Of a stretch of DNA of 64,000 bases, positions 27,101 to 36,895 are shown one piece after another. Source of the DNA: a virus. The notes beneath the pieces were generated by a model. The model was not told the origin of the DNA, made no database searches, and saw only the letters and a list, made by a program, of their open reading frames with translations. A program made the position numbers and the translations under genes. Position 1 is the stretch's first letter; each line of letters starts with the position of its first letter. Where the stretch lies: IMG/VR virus record IMGVR_UViG_3300025913_000026, positions 1 to 64,000 of that record, one strand, 5' to 3'.

Positions 27101-29427
27101 CATGTATTTAATATTGGAGTTGATTCAACTGGTATTTCTTTGCCAGATATACTTTTAGCTTCCACCGCAGCTTCATTAGCAGTTTGTTTCGCTCTCTCTA
27201 CTTCGCTGGTTACAATTTTATTCTTGTTATTATCGACTATGTATTTCCCTAATTCTTTAGCCTCACGAATACCTTGTTCAGATAATTTTGATGGCTCAAT
27301 CCCATTTTCTTGCCTAGCAGCTGTTTTTGTATCCTCCCCATGTTCAGATACTACTATATGGCCAATTTGTTCTGATGGCACCTTCCCGGCCCCAGTTTCA
27401 GATGACTCAATTTCTTTTGGGTATAATTCTTTAGCTTTATTTACTATTTCTTCTCCAAATGCATCTATAGTTGCCTGAGCGGTAGCTGGATCATGAGCCT
27501 GTTCTGCTATGTCTTTCATATGAGTCCCCAACTCTTTTTCTGTTGCATTTTTTAATACATCAACAGCAAATCCTTTTATTCTACCATCTTTTATTTCTTT
27601 ATCTATTAATTTTTGCAATTCTCCACGATCATTCCCCTTTGAAATATTTACAATTTCTTCATTTAAAATTTTAATACGTTCTTTTAATTCAGGATGAAAG
27701 GCCGGATCAACTTTTTCAAGTTGTCCTTCCAATATATCACGCTCTTTTATCTTCGCTTGAATTTTCAATCTTTCTGTTTCAGGAACACTTTCGGGAATTG
27801 AAGCATTTATTTCTTTTTGTTGCCTAATAGCATTTTGTGCTGACCGTAATTCTTCAGGCGAAATGACTCCTACATCTTGAAGATGATTAAATTCCTGATT
27901 CAATACTTCTTCTGGCATTTTAGATAATCCATGAAGTATTTTATTATAGGTTGATGGCTTCAATAAATTAGCAAACTTACCTACCATCGCGCTTCCAACA
28001 GTTAAAATGAATCCCATTTTAGATTGATCCGCAACACCCTCATCTGTAGATACTGATATTCCTTGTTGTTGAGCTAATATATTTTTAATAGCTTGCCCAC
28101 CTCCTGCGACGCCTCCTATAGCTATTCCTTCTAACCCTTTCTCAACACCAGCTTTGCCTAATTGCTTCAATGCACTAGCTACTGATTTAGTAAGAAGTGT
28201 ATTAGTTCCGGCAGCAGCACCTGATAAATTTTTTATACCTACAAATCCCATTACTGCTCCAGTAATCGCATCAGTGGCTGCTTGATGTGCCGATAATTCT
28301 TTTGCCTTTTTATATGCATCATAATCAGGCATATCTGGATGTTCTTTTTTTATGGATGCATAATTCTGTGGCAACGCTCCGGCATATCCTAATTTATACA
28401 TTTCGTGGGATGTAATACCTCCCGCGGCAGCTGCTCCTCCTAATGGTGTTGTAAAATAACTTGCAACAGCTCCTCCCACTAAAGGCTTTATTGGCGTTCC
28501 TCCTAAAATAGAACCAGCTTCACCTAATGCACCATCAGGCACTTTTGTAGCTTCATCAGGATCATAATCCTTCATTTTGCTATTAAGTTCTTTTATGATA
28601 GCTGCTTCATTCTCTGTTTTAGTATAAAATTCATAATCTTTAAAAAGTTGATTCTTCTGTTTGAATCCTGTAGCTAAACTTCCAAAAAATCCTTGTGGCT
28701 GTGTAAGGACACCTCTTTTTATATCATAATCAAAATCACCACTTTTAAGTTTAGCTACATTCTTTAAAACTTTATCTTCTTTATCAGATCGTTCTTGTGC
28801 ATCTAATCTATATATATCTGCCTTAATTTGACTAGCTCTTGCTGGATCTGTATTTAATAAATCTTTTACTTTTTGTTGTAATGCTTCCCGGGCCATTGCC
28901 GGATTCGTAGCCATTTCATTTTTGTAACGCTCTATTTCATGTGGTTGCACATCTATAGGCTTCTCAAATTGCTTGTCTAATTGTTGAGCTTGAAAATTTA
29001 CCGGCCCTTCTTCTTTAGGATTAAATCCCAATTGCACATTTTTAATTTTCCCCTCCATATCCTTTTTACGATCATAGATAAGATTGCCTATATGTGGGTC
29101 TATATCTCCTAATTCATTTGATACTCGTGTAGCAGCTTGTCCAATACTTTTAGTGCGCTCGTCTATAGGAATAGCATTAGCTTCAACCATTGGCTGATAT
29201 CCTTCTTTTGGAATATCTAACCAATTGGTCATCGGCTTAAATTCTGGGGCCGACTGTTGTGGCTGTGATTGCTTCTGAATGGGTTGATAATTTATCCTCT
29301 CTTTATACTCTGGATATTTTTGAACCATTCTATCAACCAATTCGCTATCATTAACATCCTTATATTGAGGATATTTCTGCTTTATTCTTTGCGCAAATTG
29401 CTCTATGGATAATTTATCTACTGGCAT
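24181..29427 (-). CDS. large ejection/polyvalent protein with internal histidine-phosphatase domain
   Basis: 1748 aa, mostly helical; EHGED..TSEVERAKQTA..GGESF..VVTHSKVMRAL at ~26850-27360. Confidence 0.75.
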   Translation of the reverse strand: MPVDKLSIEQFAQRIKQKYPQYKDVNDSELVDRMVQKYPEYKERINYQPIQKQSQPQQSAPEFKPMTNWLDIPKEGYQPMVEANAIPIDERTKSIGQAATRVSNELGDIDPHIGNLIYDRKKDMEGKIKNVQLGFNPKEEGPVNFQAQQLDKQFEKPIDVQPHEIERYKNEMATNPAMAREALQQKVKDLLNTDPARASQIKADIYRLDAQERSDKEDKVLKNVAKLKSGDFDYDIKRGVLTQPQGFFGSLATGFKQKNQLFKDYEFYTKTENEAAIIKELNSKMKDYDPDEATKVPDGALGEAGSILGGTPIKPLVGGAVASYFTTPLGGAAAAGGITSHEMYKLGYAGALPQNYASIKKEHPDMPDYDAYKKAKELSAHQAATDAITGAVMGFVGIKNLSGAAAGTNTLLTKSVASALKQLGKAGVEKGLEGIAIGGVAGGGQAIKNILAQQQGISVSTDEGVADQSKMGFILTVGSAMVGKFANLLKPSTYNKILHGLSKMPEEVLNQEFNHLQDVGVISPEELRSAQNAIRQQKEINASIPESVPETERLKIQAKIKERDILEGQLEKVDPAFHPELKERIKILNEEIVNISKGNDRGELQKLIDKEIKDGRIKGFAVDVLKNATEKELGTHMKDIAEQAHDPATAQATIDAFGEEIVNKAKELYPKEIESSETGAGKVPSEQIGHIVVSEHGEDTKTAARQENGIEPSKLSEQGIREAKELGKYIVDNNKNKIVTSEVERAKQTANEAAVEAKSISGKEIPVESTPILNTWDIGEFDGKPEGSFNESEWAQKHNELVPGGESFNDFTKRMEQANEYIKSLPEDTHVVTHSKVMRALEALKQTDGKWTDETTNIFLNNKELTHAKDVRGNQGLIPKGGEIGGGSQDTGSNDIQQVPPNTSERGETEQQAGRREETGQGSSEEKVGEPPMAGITHRQMDAMAEEFGLPTYEKSPEKVAEWDEQATKQLQKPGALDELFTKLRNGITPDHVETRMMLQYMGDLLAKIDKDPYNRQLQDQLIRTKDLFNVAGRIQGKALVARKGSVPVEETLGDFLMRDRESNKAQLTDEQIRVSKKEYEEIKAAKEAYEKKLAEQKEKSNQEKAQKIVEQKAKEAKKQIGKDYKSERQEILKNIVEKWKKSSKENLGASILPYAKELAAISPDVMKLVKNLVEEGVTKLPDVIKAVHNQVKDIIPKITENDVHDIIAGEYNKKQTRNQITQQLYDLRREAKLMNELDQLLNGQVPSNPKKVRARNQRIEELKKQIKGLEDEMGISDEKRLEALKGRYKSQIADLENKIAKGDYGPDEKPEPIKLDQEAIELKDKMIKLKLDREARLAKQEYENRSKLQKAKDLASESLDVVRTLQTNPDMSFFGRQGIKFMVTHPIKGAKLFWESAKQAFSQARYDRWLYDLHNSPAWKLIEDSGLAVLDPNTLHASMREEQWRSQLIHKIPVAGQVAKASERAFTSAANMARVDWFMEGVDILRKQGKTFENAADEYKGWASAVNNMTGRGGLGAFEPVAGQLAIPFWSPRLIASNINLLNPYYYYKLPKTARIMALKNMAQYTITGVAFLAMAHRLGAEVESDPRSSDFGKLKVGNSRYDIWGGGAQYIRAFAQILTATRKTNGGMQKLDTKNQEVVGANLVRSKLSPLVGFGVDVTLGKNIVGEEVKLKDAWKLTVPMLWNDINDARKDSGADGAAVAGVLSFLGIGAQTYTPKSGGSGGGAGATGKFSKTTKLGKQTKTTKH
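26643..26828 (-). CDS. nested out-of-frame 61-aa basic protein
   Basis: MPKMYEEIRDSYLKAGKSEEEAKTLAAMTYNK looks like a folded helical hairpin; it overlaps a low-complexity linker of the host gene. Confidence 0.55.
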   Translation of the reverse strand: MPKMYEEIRDSYLKAGKSEEEAKTLAAMTYNKYRQTHPSAEKLSNKPEGEKKRVKVRVKKK

Positions 29428-30852
29428 TTAAAATAATCCTAATGGGTCTTGATGATTAGTTGATTCTTTTTTAGGGCGGCCTCCTGACATTGTTTTGCCT
29501 AATTCTTTTTTCGTTTGCCCTTTATACCCCAATGCTAATTTAGTTTGTTCTAGTGTCATTGGTTGGCTATAATCTTCATCAACTATGGGGTGTCCATTTT
29601 CATTTTTTAAAACTACCGAAGTACCTTTTATTGGATTTTTATCCTTATCCTTTTCTGGGCCATATTTATAAAAAATAGGCCATATCCTACCCTCTTTTGT
29701 TACAAATATTTTATCAGGTTCACTTTTACCTCTGGTCAGAGCCTTACTTAATACAACATCTCCTTTAAGCTCATGAGCTAACGTTGTCGTATGTGGAGTA
29801 TATATCTTCATTAAATTCCTGTCATCAGATTGAGCTTCTTGAACAGATTTTTCTAAATAATTGTCAATCCATGTATTGTTTAATTGGGTATCATTTGGAT
29901 CAATTCTTTTTCTATAATCTATAAGTTCTTTTGCATTTTTTTGCCTCATTCCCATTAATGCTAACTCTCTGCCATATGTATCTTGCCCTTCCTTATATTC
30001 CGTAGCCTTCATATTGTTATCTATGATAGATTTAACCGCCCACGCATCCCGTTCATTATCTATCGGCTTACCTAATATTTGTTGAGAAACTGCATCGTAT
30101 TTTTTATGCATTAAAGGATCATTCATTACTTCAGAGAATGTTTTTACTGCTTCGCCTCTCCATCTCCTATCTGTATCATATGCATTAAATGCATGTTGAG
30201 CTATTACTTTTTGATTCTCTGGACTATATTGTTGATATATTGGTGTTCTTGTTTTATATCCAGGCAAATTCTCTACTTGGCCTGGAACTTTATCGAATGG
30301 TACACCACCTGTTAAATACTTCTGAAGACCTTCTAAGTCTTTAGTTGTTATGGGTTGTGGTGGCATAGATAGCGTAGCTAAATTTATTCCTACTCTATTA
30401 GGATTACCAATTGGTAAATCGTGTTTTTTAATTTGATCCATAAACGTCGGATCTTCAAAAACATATGACATTTGTGGATTTAATTTCATTTTACCTATTT
30501 CATCCATCGATTTATGAGCATCTTTGCTTTCATTGATTAATGCTCGTTGTTCATTAAGAAGGCGCATGTAATCGGTATATGATTTACCGTTATCCAACTT
30601 AGGATTTAAAATAGCAGCCTTATTTTGAGCATATGCATTACGCCATTCTTGTTGCTTTTGTAATAGCTGAGGTACATCTTGTGAACGCATTCCGGCAGAT
30701 GTAATATCATTACCTAAATTCCTGAAATAATTATCTAAAGCATCTTCCTTGGCCTGCTTTTTTGCTGCTTGTCGTTCATAAAATGCTTCCCACGGTTGTT
30801 GGTTGAAAACAACTGCTCCAGCACTATAAGGGTTTGGTGAATATACAGCCAT
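29428..30852 (-). CDS. putative ejection/internal virion protein
   Basis: Helical and Q/K-rich; position. Confidence 0.6.
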   Translation of the reverse strand: MAVYSPNPYSAGAVVFNQQPWEAFYERQAAKKQAKEDALDNYFRNLGNDITSAGMRSQDVPQLLQKQQEWRNAYAQNKAAILNPKLDNGKSYTDYMRLLNEQRALINESKDAHKSMDEIGKMKLNPQMSYVFEDPTFMDQIKKHDLPIGNPNRVGINLATLSMPPQPITTKDLEGLQKYLTGGVPFDKVPGQVENLPGYKTRTPIYQQYSPENQKVIAQHAFNAYDTDRRWRGEAVKTFSEVMNDPLMHKKYDAVSQQILGKPIDNERDAWAVKSIIDNNMKATEYKEGQDTYGRELALMGMRQKNAKELIDYRKRIDPNDTQLNNTWIDNYLEKSVQEAQSDDRNLMKIYTPHTTTLAHELKGDVVLSKALTRGKSEPDKIFVTKEGRIWPIFYKYGPEKDKDKNPIKGTSVVLKNENGHPIVDEDYSQPMTLEQTKLALGYKGQTKKELGKTMSGGRPKKESTNHQDPLGLF

Positions 30853-31508
30853 TATGAATATGGTAAAGTTTTAGTAGTAAATGGTTTTAATTCCTCCCCT
30901 TTCGTCAGTTCATATTGTGAATAATCAGGAGTTTTATTGCCAAATAGTTTACTTCCATAAGTCGCTCCCATTGTAGCTCCTGTCAATCCTCCATACACAT
31001 TCTGTAATCCTGCATTCATTAGTTGAGTATATCCGGCTGCTTTTTGGCCTAATAAATCTGCCTTCCGTTGATACGGGAGCATTTTATTTATATTGAATGC
31101 CTGCCTTTCCTCTCCCGCCATTGCCTGGGAAGCTGATCCCAATTGAGCAAAGTTTTGAGATTGCTGTTGTTCAGCCGCCGCCGCCGCCTTTAAATAAGCG
31201 TCATTTTGTCCCTGTACTAATGCGGGAATACCAGCTAATGCACTTCTTCGATCTTGCAGCCCAGCTATTCCCTGCGCAGTCCCCCTTGCTATATTTTGCG
31301 CCTGCATTTTATACAAGTTACTTTGATATGGAGACTGCTGGTATCTACCCAACGCCTGATTATAATAATCAGTAATTGATCTTGACTTTTCATATTGCGG
31401 AGTCTGCAAGCCTTCTAATTCCCTTCTCGCTTTCCTTGCTTTGCTGCCGCCAATAATTGACTGTATCCCTCCTATTGCTGCGGTTGCGCCGCCAATGATT
31501 ACAGGCAT
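30852..31508 (-). CDS. putative ejection (pilot-like) protein
   Basis: G/A-rich hydrophobic N-terminus and Q/A-rich helices. Confidence 0.65.
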   Translation of the reverse strand: MPVIIGGATAAIGGIQSIIGGSKARKARRELEGLQTPQYEKSRSITDYYNQALGRYQQSPYQSNLYKMQAQNIARGTAQGIAGLQDRRSALAGIPALVQGQNDAYLKAAAAAEQQQSQNFAQLGSASQAMAGEERQAFNINKMLPYQRKADLLGQKAAGYTQLMNAGLQNVYGGLTGATMGATYGSKLFGNKTPDYSQYELTKGEELKPFTTKTLPYS

Positions 31509-31510
31509 GA

Positions 31511-31969
31511 CTAAAATATTAAATGAGTTATTAAATGATCCTGTGCTATAATCTTCATTCCATTCTTAACTAACCAGCTTATGCCTCTGCCATTTGCGCT
31601 CCATAGAAAAGCTTGGAAGCCACCTTTTAAATCCATTCTTATTTTGCTCCAAAATTCCTTTAAATATTTTCTAGTTCTGTACTTAACATTCAACGCGAAA
31701 CTGATAAGAGTTTTACCTTCATATACATAGTACCCGATCAATTCTCCTTTTTCATACAACCCCTTCAATGTTGCATCCCCTTTACCTCTTTCGATTCTTA
31801 AAGATATATCATTTACAATATCATCCACCGTTTCTACTTTTACGTGAGGACAATACATGGGATATATCTTAGCGTCAGAATCGAATCCGACCCTTATTGC
31901 CTCTTTAAATTGTTCTCTATTTATAGGTTTTACTATCATATTATCTATTTGTAAAGGGTGAATCCACAA
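31511..31969 (-). CDS. GNAT-like protein (T7 gp13-like position)
   Basis: ELIGYY..FALNVKYR..NGRGISWLVKNGMK. Confidence 0.55.
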   Translation of the reverse strand: MWIHPLQIDNMIVKPINREQFKEAIRVGFDSDAKIYPMYCPHVKVETVDDIVNDISLRIERGKGDATLKGLYEKGELIGYYVYEGKTLISFALNVKYRTRKYLKEFWSKIRMDLKGGFQAFLWSANGRGISWLVKNGMKIIAQDHLITHLIF

Positions 31970-34900
31970 AGTAAAGATTTATCGCGGAAAGCGTAGCCAA
32001 GTCATTAGGGCTTGAAGCTAAAAATTTAATCCCTATTAAATTCCCTTTTAAAACATCGCCATTCCCTATGCCGCCTATTGAATTAATATCATTTAAAAAA
32101 CTGGCCGAAAATGTTGATTCAATATCTGCAAAATCACTTAAAATTAAATTGCTTTCTTGTGGAGTATTCCCATAAGACATATAGTTGGTGTATATGTAGG
32201 GGCAAATCCAAATTTGGTTGGCTATCTCTGTCAGACTCAGCCAGCTCTTTTTTTCAATAAGCCCCGCATTAAACACTCTGGTTATAGTAGAATCATATGA
32301 TACTCCATAGAATTTATTTCTTCCACCAGTACCAGTCTGATCGTGAATATACATACGCCCACCTACAAAACTATATAAAGTATTTTCCGCACAAACTATA
32401 CAATCAGGAGCAAAGGAATATAAACTTGTGAAGTAATTCCTAGTTTCATCAAAAGCCATCGTCTGCCCATTTTCTACCAAATCTCCTAATGTCCCAGGCT
32501 GCAACACGCATAAATACTCTCCTACATTATCCTTTCTTATGTTAAAAGTACCGGTAATCCTTGTTCTGCCACCATATATATAATTATAATCAGTAAGGTA
32601 TTTTGATATATTGGCCGAGCTCCATGTTTGTGTTTTATAGGTTTCAGATAAATCAGTAATTCCGTCACGGCTTAACCTTAGTTGCTTTCCTTTTATTGGA
32701 TCAACGAAATAGTATACAAATCCACTTTGAACTACTGAATCTGGCTGATTGCTTACCCCAAAATCACCTGCATAATATTGCACATTATTAGCAGTGATTA
32801 TATCGGTTGTGGTAATCAATTGCTGATTCCCAGCAGTATCAGTAATGAATTTCTTATATACACCGGTTTGGCCACATTTCCTTTCTTGAAAAAATGTAAG
32901 TACTTTATCCCAGAACATCATCCTTTTTATTGCTCCATATTCTCTAACTAATTCATCGAAGTTCTGCGAATAGAATCTATTAGTTTGGTTTATATTAGTA
33001 TTTCTCTGATATGCCAAGCTCCATCTATGCATTACGGGGTATGTAACTCTATTAGCGTTTTCATCGTACACAAATGCCCTTCCGTTTGAGTTAACTGAAC
33101 TTGCATAGAAATCTGAGAAGTTTGGATCAATACAATATTGATTTATTACCTTATCTGTTGTCAGAGTTATGCTACCAGCAAGGAATGTGCATTGCCTATC
33201 GCTATTATTGTTAACGCATTCAAAAAGCAAAAATATATGGTCATTAGCCAAATTAACTGTTCTAGTTATACTACCGTCAGAGTTATAAAATAACGTTAGC
33301 GGGAATGTATATGTCCCAGCATTACTAGCATCAAATGCAGGCACAATCATAGATGAGTCACCGAATCTATTTTGAACCCTTAATCTCCATGAATCTCCAC
33401 TTCTTGCGGTTGGGAATGTCACAGAAAATGAACCTCCTAATGTAAATGTTGTTAATAGGTTTGCTGATTGAAACCATCTAGTATCTGTATGTGGATCAAA
33501 GGAATTACCAACTCCAACATACGGGACGCTATGGGGTATTATATTAGGATCATTATATGTAGACCCTTGAAAGTTTAATGGGACTAAAAACCTAAATCCA
33601 TTAGCCACGGTGTCTGGTATATTCCACGTATAGATATTACCGGTTTGTATAGCCCTTAATTTTATATAGTCATCCCCTTTAAAGAAATTAAATGTTGCTG
33701 GCTGTACTAAATATTCCTGGTTTTGTGTTTTACCTTGATGGAATCTATTTGAAAGAGTTGGGTTGCCTATTAAATATCGTTCCCCAAATTCATAATAAAG
33801 ATTTAGATTATTGGCAACTGGTTGTGCTGGCGTATATATTTCAATAAAATAATTATTAAACCCAGCACCAAAATCAAATGTTCCATCGGTAGATGGCAAT
33901 ATTATTTTTATAAATTGCCCGTCTTTTGTTTCTCCGTTTACAACCGGCCCTATTATGGATGCTATTATTTCAAAGTCTTTTGTATTGCCGTATAAATTAG
34001 CTGTAGTCCCATCATCATTATATCTTTTAAAGAATCGTATACGATCCCCTGGAGTAAAGCTATAACCCAATGGGCTGCCCGGATTATTTGTAACAAATGC
34101 CCTTAATGATTCTATACTCAGGTAAGCATACTTAGTAACTCCTGAAACCGCTACCAAATCTTTATATGTTCTATCGGATACCCATTGAATAAAATTAGAC
34201 TTACTTAAGTTTTTAGTTCTTACCCATTGATAATAATATGCCCAATCTGGTGGTAAATTATAAATAGAGGCATTGAATACAGTAGTGTCAGCAGATGCCA
34301 AACTCTCTGCGTAAGGTTCAGATTGAACTGAAAAACCATTCGTATAAACGGCACCATTTGTTCTTCCCTTCTGGTCAAAATATACTAACCCAAAACCATA
34401 ATTACTCAACCAGTCATATGCATTAAATGATTGAAGTGCCAATGCATTATAACTAAAATTACCTGATGATGAAATATAGCTATTGGCTAATCCAGTTCCT
34501 AATTTAAAAATATACAAATCATTTGACCCAGATGAAATTATTGTAAACCCAGCAGCCAATGCAGCCACCCTAAGCCCCTCCATAATTGCAGCAGAATCAT
34601 CTCCTACCTGTACTGCGTAATTAATATTACTTCCATCTACAAAATTCACATAATAAGTATCCATTGCAACAGTAGACACAATAATACCTCTTACTACAAT
34701 ATGGATATTACCTGTACTTAACCCGCTATCTCCAGCCTGATTAGTTACAAATGAGGCGGCATAATTACCATAATAATATGGAACGTATCCTACAGATATA
34801 TTGCTTGTATTCGTACCATCGCTAAAATCAGTCAAATTAGCATACCCTTCGGTAATATTCCCATAATCCAATACATTCCCATTTGGCAATACTTGGGCAC

Positions 34901-35855
34901 CGGCAACTTGTGGGACATAATCAAATATCTGCGTGCTTTCTTCTACATCAATGTATGTATATGCTTTATCGTTATAAAATAAAAATGTGGCTACATCATT
35001 GTCAGGGATGCCAACAACTGATTTGTCTAACGATGCTACCAAATAGAAATCACTCATGGTTACACCTAATGAGTTAGCAGCTAATATCTCAATTTTTTTA
35101 ACGTTTGACGGCCCAGTTTGATACGTAATAGCTATCCTGCAATTTTTAGTTGGGTCTGAATCAATAGCCTGATTAAATGCGCTATAAGGCAGAGGCATTT
35201 CACTTTGGCTACTAGTTACTGATTTATCTTTGTCATCAAATACCCAACGTATTTTAAATCTAAAAAGTTTCTTTCTACAGTTATTCACCGTATTTGAAGG
35301 ATCATTTTCATAGGCAACAGCTGGAGGTATATCTGCTGGTTGTTTTGCAACATCTAAATATTGTGGCTGAATAGTTCCATACCCACCAGCCAATGCTCTT
35401 TGTACATTTACTTTTTTAGGAACTCCATAGCTATCTAAGTAGCAAAGTAAGTCCCCTTGTTCAGCATCTCCATAAATCATGTTTACATGAATGATTGGAG
35501 AATTATCAAGAAATCCTAGAGTTCCGCTAACTGCATTAAAATTTTCATCAACTATTCTATAAAATTGCGCACCAAGCGTATCATACATATAGATAGCTTT
35601 CTTCGCGTCTCCACGATAATTGAAAAAGAATATTCTTTTATTTACAGAATCATAGAATCTTCCTATTGTTAAATTATTCCCTCCTGGAAGATATGGGTTT
35701 GTTTTTTCTCTTGTTCCAGGGACATTCTCAATACGCATATTGGGTGCAGTCCCTCTTGGGATGCAATTTAACGCGTCCCTATGATGCGAAGGATTGATAA
35801 CCTCATCTGGGTCATCATAATTTAAAAATCCACTAAAAGGGAATGCCTGAACCAT
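31941..35855 (-). CDS. tail stabilisation/muzzle protein
   Basis: 1304 aa; GFLNYDD..RDALN start, YGAIKRM, YYAGDFGVSNQPDS, YFVD..LRLSRDGIT; crAss-like. Confidence 0.8.
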   Translation of the reverse strand: MVQAFPFSGFLNYDDPDEVINPSHHRDALNCIPRGTAPNMRIENVPGTREKTNPYLPGGNNLTIGRFYDSVNKRIFFFNYRGDAKKAIYMYDTLGAQFYRIVDENFNAVSGTLGFLDNSPIIHVNMIYGDAEQGDLLCYLDSYGVPKKVNVQRALAGGYGTIQPQYLDVAKQPADIPPAVAYENDPSNTVNNCRKKLFRFKIRWVFDDKDKSVTSSQSEMPLPYSAFNQAIDSDPTKNCRIAITYQTGPSNVKKIEILAANSLGVTMSDFYLVASLDKSVVGIPDNDVATFLFYNDKAYTYIDVEESTQIFDYVPQVAGAQVLPNGNVLDYGNITEGYANLTDFSDGTNTSNISVGYVPYYYGNYAASFVTNQAGDSGLSTGNIHIVVRGIIVSTVAMDTYYVNFVDGSNINYAVQVGDDSAAIMEGLRVAALAAGFTIISSGSNDLYIFKLGTGLANSYISSSGNFSYNALALQSFNAYDWLSNYGFGLVYFDQKGRTNGAVYTNGFSVQSEPYAESLASADTTVFNASIYNLPPDWAYYYQWVRTKNLSKSNFIQWVSDRTYKDLVAVSGVTKYAYLSIESLRAFVTNNPGSPLGYSFTPGDRIRFFKRYNDDGTTANLYGNTKDFEIIASIIGPVVNGETKDGQFIKIILPSTDGTFDFGAGFNNYFIEIYTPAQPVANNLNLYYEFGERYLIGNPTLSNRFHQGKTQNQEYLVQPATFNFFKGDDYIKLRAIQTGNIYTWNIPDTVANGFRFLVPLNFQGSTYNDPNIIPHSVPYVGVGNSFDPHTDTRWFQSANLLTTFTLGGSFSVTFPTARSGDSWRLRVQNRFGDSSMIVPAFDASNAGTYTFPLTLFYNSDGSITRTVNLANDHIFLLFECVNNNSDRQCTFLAGSITLTTDKVINQYCIDPNFSDFYASSVNSNGRAFVYDENANRVTYPVMHRWSLAYQRNTNINQTNRFYSQNFDELVREYGAIKRMMFWDKVLTFFQERKCGQTGVYKKFITDTAGNQQLITTTDIITANNVQYYAGDFGVSNQPDSVVQSGFVYYFVDPIKGKQLRLSRDGITDLSETYKTQTWSSANISKYLTDYNYIYGGRTRITGTFNIRKDNVGEYLCVLQPGTLGDLVENGQTMAFDETRNYFTSLYSFAPDCIVCAENTLYSFVGGRMYIHDQTGTGGRNKFYGVSYDSTITRVFNAGLIEKKSWLSLTEIANQIWICPYIYTNYMSYGNTPQESNLILSDFADIESTFSASFLNDINSIGGIGNGDVLKGNLIGIKFLASSPNDLATLSAINLYFVDSPFTNR

Positions 35856-35856
35856 A

Positions 35857-36624
35857 TTATGATTTCACAGTTAGGCGCATTGAGTTGAGCCACCATTGAT
35901 ATGCCTCTTCCAAGTGAAGTGGCCTATATCTTGCCCAGCCAAGTCTGCGCTGATTATAAAATTCGTGCCTTCTATCTCTTTTATCTCCTAAATTACCGCG
36001 TCTTGAAGATGGTATTGATCGAATATCCAACCATGCCAATCCCGCAATCATTGCCTCTTTAAACTGAACTGGGATATAGTATTGTTGCCCTTGTTCTGGT
36101 TGAGACAAATACTCTAACATTATATAGTCATAAGTAAATGTCTCATTCAGCAATATGATACCGGCTGCATTGTCTATCTTGAAACTACCAACGAATGGCG
36201 CACCACTTGGGAATCCATATAGAGTTGAAAAACTATTCCCCGTCCAGAAGTTATACCAGATAGGAGTATTGAATAAAAAGAAATTAAACAGAGTGTTATC
36301 CTGCGTTTTCTGTAACCTATCAGCCGACAAATCTGCGTAGGTAGTAAGCTTATCATTATACCTTAAGGTTATAATTTCTCCAATATCATTTAATACACCT
36401 ACTTTGGAGTAGTTGAGATAATCAGATGGTAAGTCAACCGTGAAGTTTGGATTAACCGGCAGCTTTACAGACTTAATTTGATAGAAAAAATCCAAACCAA
36501 GCTCGGTCATCACTCTAAAAGATAATTGCCATATCTTAAAGAATTTATGAATTGACTGCTCAGACTCATCCAAGTAGGCATTTATGCAATCATCCACGGG
36601 GATCCAGGCTTGATGTTGACTCAT
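35857..36624 (-). CDS. tail ring/tubular protein
   Basis: LPSDYLNYSKVG and IMLEYLS motifs. Confidence 0.7.
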   Translation of the reverse strand: MSQHQAWIPVDDCINAYLDESEQSIHKFFKIWQLSFRVMTELGLDFFYQIKSVKLPVNPNFTVDLPSDYLNYSKVGVLNDIGEIITLRYNDKLTTYADLSADRLQKTQDNTLFNFFLFNTPIWYNFWTGNSFSTLYGFPSGAPFVGSFKIDNAAGIILLNETFTYDYIMLEYLSQPEQGQQYYIPVQFKEAMIAGLAWLDIRSIPSSRRGNLGDKRDRRHEFYNQRRLGWARYRPLHLEEAYQWWLNSMRLTVKS

Positions 36625-36625
36625 G

Positions 36626-36895
36626 TTAATTTAATTTGGCTATTAACCAAGATTGTTCAATCAAAAAATGCAACTCCCCATTAAATTCAATTGGATCACC
36701 TAAATCCTTTACCCTAAAAACAGTATCCCCTTTCTTGAATTGCATTGGCGTCTGCTTTGTGCCGTTACCAACCTCAATCACTTCCAATTTATTACTTATT
36801 GCTCTATGTGCTTCAGAAACAATGATGCCGCCTGCACTCCTCTCATCGGGAGGGAATGGCTTAACGAGTACTTTATTTTTTATTGGTCTTATCAT
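36626..36895 (-). CDS. groES: GroES-like co-chaperonin
   Basis: IRPIKNKVLV..SAGGIIV mobile loop..VIEVGNG..KKGDTV. Confidence 0.9.
   Translation of the reverse strand: MIRPIKNKVLVKPFPPDERSAGGIIVSEAHRAISNKLEVIEVGNGTKQTPMQFKKGDTVFRVKDLGDPIEFNGELHFLIEQSWLIAKLN

Noticed and set aside
26499-27478. Plus-strand ORFs (97, 105 and 218 aa) opposite the ejection gene, and similar antisense ORFs elsewhere
   Set aside because: Shadow frames of strongly coding minus-strand genes, with no protein-like motifs.
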